Shown: positions 10,197-19,500 of the stretch, one piece after another
How the letters are laid out: the number at the start of each line of letters is the position of its first letter
Position numbering within the stretch: position 1 is the first letter of the stretch
Assembly: GCA_030378005.1 (NCBI GenBank)
Contig: JAUCGF010000072.1
Location: 10,542 to 74,541, forward strand
Origin: Desulfococcaceae bacterium HSG9
Lineage (GTDB): Bacteria; Desulfobacterota; Desulfobacteria; Desulfobacterales; JAUCGF01
DNA: 64,000 nucleotides
Direction: 5' to 3'
The notes under the pieces: model-generated
What the model saw: only the letters and a program-made list of their open reading frames with translations
What the model was told of the DNA's origin: nothing
Databases searched by the model: none
Translations under genes and position numbers: made by a program

Positions 10197-10676
10197 ATGA
10201 CCGCAAAAGATCAAAATGAACAATCATTGCTTCAGGATGTGGATCGTATCGCTAATAGTCTGGAAAAAATTGCGACATCTCTGGAAACACTGGTGGCTCG
10301 CGACTGTCTTACGGAACCGCTGGGTGAAAATTTTTCAGAAGAGGACGAAGAACTCAATGATACGTTAAACAAAGTGTTTGAAGAAACCGATGACCCGTTA
10401 AAAGTGATTGAATGTTGGGATAAAATCAAGGTAACTAAGGAATCTGATGATGATACCGCAAGCTCTTCGTCAAATACCGTACAAGATAAAGAGCGGCGCA
10501 TATCTGTAATTCAGGAAACTATAAAAAAATTTCGCTCCGGGGACAAGACCTGGCCATGGATTGCTGATTATCTGAATGAAAATGGCTTTCCGACGATAAG
10601 CGGTAAAGGTAAATGGCACAGGCAGAGCGTGTCGGCTCTGATTAAAAATATTGAACTTGACAGTGAAAAGTTGTAA
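10197..10676 (+). CDS. Small acidic protein with a C-terminal recombinase-domain-like DNA-binding motif. Paralog of the next ORF.
   Basis: The C-terminus (IKKFRSGDKTWPWIADYLNENGFPTISGKGKWHRQSVSALI) resembles the E..I..L...G.P.P.G.KW...V..IL segment of the large-serine-recombinase 'recombinase' domain. There is no resolvase catalytic domain. Confidence 0.4.
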   Translation: MTAKDQNEQSLLQDVDRIANSLEKIATSLETLVARDCLTEPLGENFSEEDEELNDTLNKVFEETDDPLKVIECWDKIKVTKESDDDTASSSSNTVQDKERRISVIQETIKKFRSGDKTWPWIADYLNENGFPTISGKGKWHRQSVSALIKNIELDSEKL

Positions 10677-10686
10677 ATAGGAGTGC

Positions 10687-10968
10687 ATGATGGATGATAA
10701 AGAAGCGGAAGCTCTTTTCAATGAAATTGAAACTAAAATGAATGAGCTTAAATTTAAAATCGAAATCGGCATTCCGTTTAAAAAGTTGGAAGATGAAAGG
10801 CGTATAATCAAAATAAAATATCTTCGAACCTGGATCCGTTATAAGCGAAAAAAAGGTTTCACCTATCAGCAGATAGGAGATATTTTTGCCGAAAGGAACA
10901 TTCCAACCCTATCCTCAAAAGGGAAATGGGGATCCCGTACGATCCATAATATTGACACAGGCAAATGA
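10687..10968 (+). CDS. Small protein, paralog of the preceding ORF, sharing the recombinase-domain-like motif.
   Basis: YQQIGDIFAERNIPTLSSKGKWGSRTIHNI aligns with the C-terminus of the upstream ORF. The gene sits 10 bp downstream of it. Confidence 0.4.
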   Translation: MMDDKEAEALFNEIETKMNELKFKIEIGIPFKKLEDERRIIKIKYLRTWIRYKRKKGFTYQQIGDIFAERNIPTLSSKGKWGSRTIHNIDTGK

Positions 10969-11031
10969 AGTTTGGTACCCTAACGGGACCAAAGTATAAA
11001 CTAATCAATGAAGGGGCCAAACTTATAACTT

Positions 11032-12318
11032 ATGCATACTGAAATACTTACTACGGGTGATGAGGTCTGTTCCGGAGCCATTGTTGATAGCAATGCGGCC
11101 CATATCGCCACGCGTATAGAAGAAATCGGAATTAAAATTGAACGGCAAACATGTGTTCGAGATGATATTAAAGCGTTGAGCGGTGCAATCAAAAACATGG
11201 CGCAACGTGCGGACATTGTCATTGTTACCGGCGGACTCGGTCCTACCGTAGATGATGTGACATCACAATCAGCCGCGAAAGCGGCGGGTGTTGAACTGGC
11301 ACAAGATTCTGAGGCACTTAACACCATGCACGCCTTTTTCAAAAAACTAAATCGCCCAATCAAGGGGATGAATAAAAAACAGGCATTGTTGCCTCAAGGT
11401 TCTAAATGTCTGGAAAATACGATTGGAACAGCGCCAGGTTTTTGTATGGCCATATCTGGATGTACTTTTTTTTTCCTTCCCGGTGTGCCGATTGAAATGC
11501 GTCTGATGCTCGCAGATAAAGTGTTGCCACGAATTGCAGCTCTTCGGGGAGAATCAGATGATCATTACATGGTTAAAACCATATCTGTTTTTGGTTTGAC
11601 CGAATCGGCAGTGAATGAGCATCTTGTCGATTTTAACGAAAAATATCCGGCTATCACGCTCGGTTTTCGTGCCAAATTTCCTGAAATTCATATTAAGTTT
11701 TATTTGCAAGGCAATCATGTCAAACGAATGGAAAACCTTATAGAAAGTGCTGGTAAATGGGTTTATCAACGAATTGGCGATAACGTGTTTTCCTTTGAAG
11801 AGCATTCAATGGAAGATGAGGTCGGCAGGTTGCTGCGTCGTCAAAAAGCGACTCTGGCAACAGCCGAAAGTTGTACAGGTGGTTTAATCGCCCATCGGCT
11901 GACTGACGTACCGGGAAGTTCCGCTTATTTCCTCTGCTCTGCCGTCACTTATGCTAACGAAGCGAAAATTAATGTTTTGGGTGTTTCGCCTGATACGTTA
12001 AACCGGGTTGGAGCCGTGCATGAAGAAACTGTCAAAGAGATGGCGATAGGTGTGCGACGGATATCCGGTGCGACTTACGGAATCGCTGTAAGCGGAATTG
12101 CGGGGCCGGACGGTGGCTCTGATGAAAAACCGGTGGGAACAATTTGTATCGGTTTGGCTGCGCCTGATTATGTAGAAGGTTATCGATTTCATTTTCCTTT
12201 TGGAGATCGACGTATGCGAAAATTGATTTTTGCCACAAAAGCGCTGGATATATTGAGGCGTAAACTTATCAGCTACAAGTTTGAAGTTGAAAGTATCAAG
12301 TTATCCCATAAGGAATAA
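11032..12318 (+). CDS. cinA: CinA family competence/damage-inducible protein (MocF-like N-domain plus CinA/PncC C-domain).
   Basis: ILTTGDEVCSGAIVDSNAAHIA N-terminus, VIVTGGLGPTVDD, and the C-terminal TAESCTGGLIAHRLTDVPGSS CinA signature. Confidence 0.85.
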   Translation: MHTEILTTGDEVCSGAIVDSNAAHIATRIEEIGIKIERQTCVRDDIKALSGAIKNMAQRADIVIVTGGLGPTVDDVTSQSAAKAAGVELAQDSEALNTMHAFFKKLNRPIKGMNKKQALLPQGSKCLENTIGTAPGFCMAISGCTFFFLPGVPIEMRLMLADKVLPRIAALRGESDDHYMVKTISVFGLTESAVNEHLVDFNEKYPAITLGFRAKFPEIHIKFYLQGNHVKRMENLIESAGKWVYQRIGDNVFSFEEHSMEDEVGRLLRRQKATLATAESCTGGLIAHRLTDVPGSSAYFLCSAVTYANEAKINVLGVSPDTLNRVGAVHEETVKEMAIGVRRISGATYGIAVSGIAGPDGGSDEKPVGTICIGLAAPDYVEGYRFHFPFGDRRMRKLIFATKALDILRRKLISYKFEVESIKLSHKE

Positions 12319-12346
12319 CTTAAAATTTGCCACTTAGGATAACATC

Positions 12347-13537
12347 ATGTCACTATATGATTTGACCTCATTTTTACGGCTATCCGCGGTTATCAACTAT
12401 AATTTAAGCGCATCCTCTTTAAATCGGCATAATATTTTAAGGTTGATTCTTGAAGGTAAGCGGCTGCATCATAATCATCAAAAAGACCTGGACCAAAAGG
12501 GCATCGTTATGGAAGCGCTGAACTATCTTTTCAGCGCATATAGTCAAAAACGCCGGCGTTTGGGGCCCATGGCTGTTTTGCATCCGTTGCGTGCTACCGC
12601 ATTGTTTACCCGGGCATTGGATGAAGTCACTCTGGTGGATGTTTTAAGTATTCTGTTTCACGATGTTCCTGAAGATATTCATCCGGGAGATTTTGATAAT
12701 GTAATCTGGAAAAAAATGGAAGAACAAATCTATTCACTATTTGACCGTCTGGACAATCAGGAGGAAGAAACATTGTTAAAGTGCCTGGAAAGCCTTACCA
12801 AAAGAGATGGCGAATCCTACTTTCACTATATTTGGCGTTTGCTGGAAACCACTGACCATAGTTATAATGCCATTCAGATTAAATTGGCCGACCGCTTGGA
12901 TAACACCCTGGATATGCGAATTGATCTTAAAGACCCGTTGGATGACATTGATTTTTATTATATTATTTTTCAAATATTGTTTGAAGGTCAGCAACAAGTT
13001 TACACACCCGAAACTGTTCATCCGCCGACTGCTTCTATGAATGGTTCTAAAAGATTATACCAACTGTTTAAAAATGTGGTTTTATTGTCCCTGGTTCGCA
13101 AAAAAGGGGTGGGTGATAGTACAGCGGCCATTCAACACCTTGTCACGACTATTTCTAAAGCCAGCTTAAAAGAAGCTCAACGAATTTTTGTCCATCTAAT
13201 CGGCTATCATTACACGGATATCAAACTTCAACGCGAACTTTTATTGGATGTGATGAATTATTGTCATAGCGGAAAAACATGCTTTATCACGGCTCCGGAT
13301 AGCGATCAAATGGTTGATGGCTTGTTTTTAAATACATTTGGCGTGTTATCTGATCAAAAACGTGCGCAGCAATTGGATATCCTATATCAAAATAAACCAT
13401 TGATGTTACAAGCCGCGATTGCCTTTATCGTTCTGTTTTCCCATTTTTTAAACGATCCTTGTTTTTTTCTGGGTGGAATAAACGCTGACGGCGTGTATGC
13501 GGAAGCATGTACAGAAACGCAAACTGAAAACCATTGA
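12347..13537 (+). CDS. HD-domain phosphohydrolase, RelA/SpoT-type hydrolase-domain-like.
   Basis: LHPLRATALF...LSILFHDVPED matches the HPL...A..L...LHDV.ED HD signature of (p)ppGpp hydrolase domains. It has a C-terminal extension of about 250 aa with no match I recognise. Confidence 0.5.
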   Translation: MSLYDLTSFLRLSAVINYNLSASSLNRHNILRLILEGKRLHHNHQKDLDQKGIVMEALNYLFSAYSQKRRRLGPMAVLHPLRATALFTRALDEVTLVDVLSILFHDVPEDIHPGDFDNVIWKKMEEQIYSLFDRLDNQEEETLLKCLESLTKRDGESYFHYIWRLLETTDHSYNAIQIKLADRLDNTLDMRIDLKDPLDDIDFYYIIFQILFEGQQQVYTPETVHPPTASMNGSKRLYQLFKNVVLLSLVRKKGVGDSTAAIQHLVTTISKASLKEAQRIFVHLIGYHYTDIKLQRELLLDVMNYCHSGKTCFITAPDSDQMVDGLFLNTFGVLSDQKRAQQLDILYQNKPLMLQAAIAFIVLFSHFLNDPCFFLGGINADGVYAEACTETQTENH

Positions 13538-13769
13538 CAATAACAGGCTAAATTAAGTATAAAAGTATTATAAACATTGTTACGGGTGCATACGGCAGTT
13601 GGGGAAAAACCATAATTTGGAGATTGTTCAGCAAAAAACAGACAATTCGCTTATAAAAAAGCGACTCACGATTATTTTCGCCCTCCAAATGGTGATCCAA
13701 AACTAAGCCTCCCAACTGATAAATACGCCCCATTGTTGCATAATATTCATCTCTTAACCCAATTGTCAG

Positions 13770-16481
13770 ATGTTAGTAAGAGGGAAAAACATTATCATGA
13801 ATACGCCGCTGAATGACACCAATACACAAGAGTACGATTCGAAACGCATCATAATTTCCGAACAGAAATCGAAGCTTGACTCAGATACCGCTACCGTAAA
13901 AAAATTCGATGATGAAGAAGAATTTCAGGAAACTGTCGCAATTACACGCGAGGAACTGGAGCAACTGAAGCCGCCGGATGAAGAAGAATTTCAGGAAACT
14001 GTCGCAATTACACGCGAGGAACTGGAGCAACTGAAGCCGCCGGATGAAGAAGAATTTCAGGAAACTGTCGCAATTACACGCGAGCAACTGGAGCAACTGA
14101 AGCCGCCGGATGAAGAAGAATTTCAAGAAACTGTCGCAATTACATGTGAGGAACTGGAGCAGTTGAAACTCTCGGATGAAGAGGAATTTCAAGAAACTGT
14201 CGCAAATTCACACGAAGAGTTGGAGCCGATGAAACTTCCAGGTGAAGAGTTTCAGGAGACCGTCGCGATTTCACGCGAAGAGTTAGAGCAAATGAAATCT
14301 TCGGATGCGGGGGAGTTTCATGAAACCGCAACGATTCCGCCCGACGAATCGGAACCGTGTATGCCGATGGATGAAGAGGAATTTCAGGAAACTGTCGCAA
14401 TTTCACGCAAAGACTTAGAAATGATAATGATCGAAGATGGAGAGGCATTTCAAGAAACTCTGGCAATTCCGCCCGATGAATTGGATCGGATGATGGCGGA
14501 TGAAGAGGCCATGAATAAAAATGAAATGCAGGAAACCGTTGCGATTTTGCCTCATGAGTTAAAAAATATGCTTACGCCGAACGAGGATGTCAGGGATGAC
14601 GCTGAAGAAGTTGAAACAACTGTAGATGAAGCCAAGTATGAGCAGAAAAATGAAAAAGCGTCCAAATCATTCCCGCGCCAAGCTATTCACCAAGAAGTTA
14701 TTGACAGGGAAAATGATGATATAAGTGTCATTACTGCAATGCGTAACAAACTTGACAAGTTAGTTAGTGAGGATGCCAAAAGCAAAAATAAAGAGGCTGT
14801 AATTATTCCGCAAGTTAAAATTGATCAAATGCTCGAATCCGGTCCGGAACAGAGTATTGAAAAAGCCTTTAAAATATCTCCTGCAATGACCTCATTTGAA
14901 ACAATCCGGCTTGAAAAAAAATATTTTCACGAAAACGTCTGCAAAGGTCTCAGTGGCGGTAAATACACGATCAATAAAAAGCTTTTTGCCGGCGGTATGG
15001 GTGCGATCATTGAGGCTGAAGACCGCTATTTATCCCGCATTTCGGCGATGAAAGTTATTTTGCCTGAAAAAAAAAATAATGCTTCCACTCTACAACAGTT
15101 TATCGCCGAAGCTAAAATCACTTCGCTACTTGAGCATCCGAATATTATTCCCGTGCATGAATTGGGTTTGATGAATGCAACCGGGCTTTATTTCACTATG
15201 AAACTGGCCGAAGGCGAGGCGCTAAATGATATTTTAAATAAACTGATGAACAATGACGCTGAATACATCGAAACATACAACACCTATCATTTGCTTAATA
15301 TATTTCGCAAGGTTTGTGATGCGGTTTCGTTCGCCCATTCACGCCACATCATTCATCAGGATATCAAGCCACATAATGTCATGATCGGAAAATATGGGGA
15401 GGTTCTTTTGATGGATTGGGGTTTGGCGCAACCGTTAAAACAATATCTGTCCGAAGTTTCCCCGACTGACCAATCAGCTCACCTGCTTAACGATCTGGTG
15501 ATTACTTCGAATAATCGCATTACAGGTTCGCCAACCTATATGTCCCCTGAACAAACTTATGGTGATCCTGATAAAATGTGTGAGCGGAGTGATATTTTTC
15601 TTCTCGGAGCTATGTTATACCATATCTTCACAATGGCACCTCCTTACAACGGTAAAAACATGCGAGAAGTTATTTTGAAAGCCCGTGCGGGCGATTTTAT
15701 TGCGCCACAAAAGCGCGATCCGCAACGCCAGATTCCCGATGAAATTAACCGGATTATTTTAAAAGCCATGGCCTTTAAAAAAGAAGACCGCTATCAAACC
15801 GTGGATGCGATGAGTCATGATATAGATGATATTATTGCCGGGAAATGGTCCCAACAGGCAAAAAAAGATTTTCAAAAAGGTGAAATGTTAATGACTGAAG
15901 GCGCAATCGGTGAAGAAGCCTATTTGATTTTAAAAGGCAGTGTACGGGTGGTGAAAGAACGCGCCGGCAAAAAAATTGTTCTGGGTCTGTTGAAATCCGG
16001 TGATATTGTCGGTGAAATGTCCCTGATACGTAAAGAAAAACGTTCGGCCAGCGTTGAAGCGGTCGAACTGACTCAGGCGGCGGTGCTTAACCGGGAAGTG
16101 CTTTCACAGAATCTTAAAAAATTGCCACCGTACATGGAAAAAATCGTATCTGCCATGAATGACCGATTACGGGTCGCAAATGAAAAAATTCATCCGCATT
16201 TAGTTCGGGATTGCACATACGTCATTTTAAAACAGCTTCGCTTGCTTTATCAGTATAAATTAAAAAATAAATCGGATGCGACTGCTTTTAATGAAGGCAT
16301 TGAAACAGACGCAATAATTGCTGAAATTGCCGAAGACCTCGGACTTCCATACGAAAGAGTGAATATTGTCGTCAGTCATGCTGCTAAAATACAACTTATT
16401 GATAATACCGATAATATTATAACAATTCCGGATGATGAAAAATTGTTTCAGTTCTGCAAACGGGCTAAAGCCGGACTATGA
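13770..16481 (+). CDS. Ser/Thr protein kinase: N-terminal 22-aa acidic tandem repeats, kinase domain, C-terminal cyclic-nucleotide-binding (CAP-type) domain.
   Basis: Repeats (DEEEFQETVAITREELEQLKPP)n. Kinase motifs HQDIKPHNVMIG, DWGLA (DWG in place of DFG), GSPTYMSPEQ. cNMP-binding signature GEEAYLILKGSVRVV...GDIVGEMSLI...RSASVEAV. Confidence 0.8.
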   Translation: MLVRGKNIIMNTPLNDTNTQEYDSKRIIISEQKSKLDSDTATVKKFDDEEEFQETVAITREELEQLKPPDEEEFQETVAITREELEQLKPPDEEEFQETVAITREQLEQLKPPDEEEFQETVAITCEELEQLKLSDEEEFQETVANSHEELEPMKLPGEEFQETVAISREELEQMKSSDAGEFHETATIPPDESEPCMPMDEEEFQETVAISRKDLEMIMIEDGEAFQETLAIPPDELDRMMADEEAMNKNEMQETVAILPHELKNMLTPNEDVRDDAEEVETTVDEAKYEQKNEKASKSFPRQAIHQEVIDRENDDISVITAMRNKLDKLVSEDAKSKNKEAVIIPQVKIDQMLESGPEQSIEKAFKISPAMTSFETIRLEKKYFHENVCKGLSGGKYTINKKLFAGGMGAIIEAEDRYLSRISAMKVILPEKKNNASTLQQFIAEAKITSLLEHPNIIPVHELGLMNATGLYFTMKLAEGEALNDILNKLMNNDAEYIETYNTYHLLNIFRKVCDAVSFAHSRHIIHQDIKPHNVMIGKYGEVLLMDWGLAQPLKQYLSEVSPTDQSAHLLNDLVITSNNRITGSPTYMSPEQTYGDPDKMCERSDIFLLGAMLYHIFTMAPPYNGKNMREVILKARAGDFIAPQKRDPQRQIPDEINRIILKAMAFKKEDRYQTVDAMSHDIDDIIAGKWSQQAKKDFQKGEMLMTEGAIGEEAYLILKGSVRVVKERAGKKIVLGLLKSGDIVGEMSLIRKEKRSASVEAVELTQAAVLNREVLSQNLKKLPPYMEKIVSAMNDRLRVANEKIHPHLVRDCTYVILKQLRLLYQYKLKNKSDATAFNEGIETDAIIAEIAEDLGLPYERVNIVVSHAAKIQLIDNTDNIITIPDDEKLFQFCKRAKAGL
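13911..14174 (+). repeat. Four near-identical 66-bp in-frame tandem repeats (22-aa acidic units). Degenerate copies continue to about 14520.
   Basis: The gatgaagaagaatttcaggaaactgtcgcaattacacgcgaggaactggagcaactgaagccgccg unit starts at 13911, 13977, 14043 and 14109. Later copies diverge (EEFQETVAISREELEQMK and similar). Confidence 0.9.
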
Positions 16482-16554
16482 ATGAGGAAAATTCATAAAA
16501 TTCTAATTCAGCTTTCATTCAACGTTCGATGTTCGACGTTCGAGGGGGGCGTAC

Positions 16555-19500
16555 ATGTCTAAGCGTAAAGATATTTTTTTTGGTAAACTGGCTGTCAAAG
16601 CCGGATATATCACCGAAAAACAGTTAAACGAAGTGTTTCATGTGCAAAAAGCACTGGCTCAAAAAGGCCAAATGGCAAATATTGGTGCAATTGCGGCGGC
16701 TAAAGGACTGCTTACCCGCGCGCAGGTGCTTAAAATTCGATTGCATCAGAAAAAGATTGATGAAAGCCGAATTTACATGATGTGCTTGTCCTGCGGAGCC
16801 AAATATAAAATTAAAAACTACCGTCCGGAAAGAAAAATTGCCTGCCAAAAATGCGGAGAAAAACTGCGGCTACATAGCCCTGAAACCCAGAATAAAACGG
16901 CCGATACACCCTCATCTGTTCCAACATCTGTTCCAACGGTTGATAAATCTGAAACTAACCCAACGGATACGATTGACAAGGTCAGGAATATTTTAGCCGG
17001 TATGGAGTATAATGCCGTTGCTTCTGGCGAAGAAACGCCCGAACAGCCACCGGTTGTTGAAAGGGATGTCGAGAAAGCGTCTGACCGGTCAGATGACATC
17101 CATGAAGAAGAAACCTCTAATGCTGAAGGAGAAGGTACAGCGGATTTAGCCAAACAGGCAGGCTCTGTTGAAGACACTCAGGATTTGCTCGCAGCAATGG
17201 ATGACGAAGATAGCAGCCTGAATGTAACCATAAAAATTGATCGTTCTGATGTCGCGAAACAGAAAAAAGCGGAGATGAATATTCGTCCACTCAATGTCAT
17301 CCTTGATGATACAAAAGACGCATCCTTGGACGATTTCTCTATTATGCACTCCATTGGTAAAGGCGGTATGGCTGAAGTGTTTGCCGCTCGTCAGGCTTCT
17401 GTTGATCGACTTATTGCTCTGAAAATGATCAAAACGGATAAGACAGTTGATGATGAATCACGTTACAAATTTATCTCCGAAGCTGTGGTTACCGGCGATT
17501 TGGACCATCCCAATATTGTACCGGTTCATGATCTTGGCCTGAGCCAGGATAATGTCCTTTTTTACTCGATGAAACATGTAAAAGGCGTTGAGTGGGAAAG
17601 CGTTCTTCCTGAAAAATCTCTGGCAGATAATCTTGATATTCTGTTGAGCGTATGTGACGCCATGGCGTTTGCCCATGATAAAGGCATTGTGCATCGGGAT
17701 TTAAAGCCGTTAAATATAATGCTTGGCGACTACGGTGAAGTGCTGGTGATGGACTGGGGCTTGGCGATCAGTTTTGATGAAAAAGGCAAAGCCGAGCGTC
17801 TGTCCAGTAAAATGGGAATGGCCGGAACACCGGCGTTTATGGCACCGGAAATGGCCAAGTGCGACAGCCGCCGGATAGATACCCGCAGTGACATCTATCT
17901 GTTGGGTGGAATTCTTTACAAAGTCGTCACCGGTTTAAGACCCCATGAAAGCGACAGCGTTGTCAAATGCGTCCATGAGGCTATGCAAAACAATATTCAG
18001 CCAACTGAAAAAAAAGGCGAATTGATAGATATTGCCCTTAAAGCTATGGCGACTGTACTCGAAGATCGTTATCAAACCGTCAAAGAATTTCAGGACGCTA
18101 TCCGTGAATATCAGGCCCACGCTGAGAGTATTGCTCTGGCGGACAGCGCCCTTAAAGACATTAAAAACGCTGAAACACATAGCGATTACGACCGTTTTGC
18201 CAACGGTCTCTATCGTTGTCGTGAAGCTTTAGAAATGTGGCCTGAAAATGAGACTGCCCAAAAAGGATTGGCTCGCGGCACTTTGTCTTATGCCCAATGT
18301 GCATTTGAAAAAGATGATTTCGATTTGGCGGCTTCCCTCTTAACTCTGGAAAATGATGAACACCGCGATCTTGCCGAGCGTGTGGAAAAAGCCCGCCGTA
18401 AACGTGAAGACCGTAAAAAACGTCTGAAATTGTTATCTTTCGGCGTCAGCGGTTTAGCTATCCTTATTATCATTATTCTGGGAGTCGCTTTTTTCTGGAT
18501 TAAAGGTGAAAAAGAACGCGCGGTTGTTGCTGAACAAGAAGCACGCACCGCTCAGAAACAAGAATCCGTGCAGCGGCAAAAAGCGGAACAGCAGAGGCAA
18601 AAAGCGGAGCAGGAGAACTATTTTAATATTGTGACAATTGCCATACAAAAAATCGGCGATTCACTAATCAGTCAGGCCAAAGAATTACTCCTGACGCCAT
18701 CATCCAAATTACGGGCGTGGGAGTGGGGTCGTTTGATGCATTTATGCAATTTAGAACGCGCTACACTGAAAGGGCATACTGACACGATAACTACCGCCGT
18801 TTTTTCTCCGGATGGTATTCTTGTGGCCACCGGAAGCGGCGATGATACTGTTAAAATATGGGTCAGAGCAAATGGCGAATTACGAACAACGCTGACAGGC
18901 CATAGCTCCGCCATAAAAGCGATTATGTTTTCTGATGACAGTAAGCACTTGAATTCAGTCGATACCAATGGTGTTACTAAAAACTGGGATATTAAAACAG
19001 GTTTGGAAACGAACTTAGACATTAAACTGCCAGATACAATGCGTTCGGTCGCTTTTTCGCCAGATGGCACCTTAAAACTGATGACTCGTCTTGATCGTGA
19101 AAATAGCGCTACCATCAGTGAAATATCCACAGGCAAAGAGTTAATGAACCTTAAAGGACACACAGGCAAAGTGATCGCCGTAACATTCGCACCGGATGGC
19201 AAAAGCGTAGCCACTGGCAGTGCTGACAAAACGGCTAAAATTTGGAATGTTGAAACAGGCCGAGCGATCATGACCTTGACAGGGCATACGCATACAGTCA
19301 GCACAGTGTCTTTTTCCCCTGACGGAGAGGAAATTATCACTGGAAGCAACGATAAAACTGCGCGTGTTTGGGGAACTAAAAGCGGGACGGATGTTAAACT
19401 CCAAGATGTGGATTCGGTCTATGTCAGTTCAATCGCCTTTTCACCGAACAGCCGGCAAATCATAAGCGGCAGCCGTTCCGTCAGCACACCGGTTGCCATT

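Noticed and set aside
13911-14174. A regular repeat array that might have been a CRISPR.
   Set aside because: The repeats are 66 bp, contiguous with no spacers, in-frame, and lie within a long kinase ORF. This is a protein-coding tandem repeat, not CRISPR.
13881-14192. 103-aa minus-strand ORF with an internal repeat (FLKFFFIRRLQLLQ…).
   Set aside because: It is the antisense reading of the 66-bp tandem repeats inside kinase 1. It is a repeat artefact.
18672-19349. 225-aa minus-strand ORF.
   Set aside because: It lies antisense within the WD40 region of kinase 2. Its low-complexity Ser/Val-rich composition is typical of shadow ORFs.
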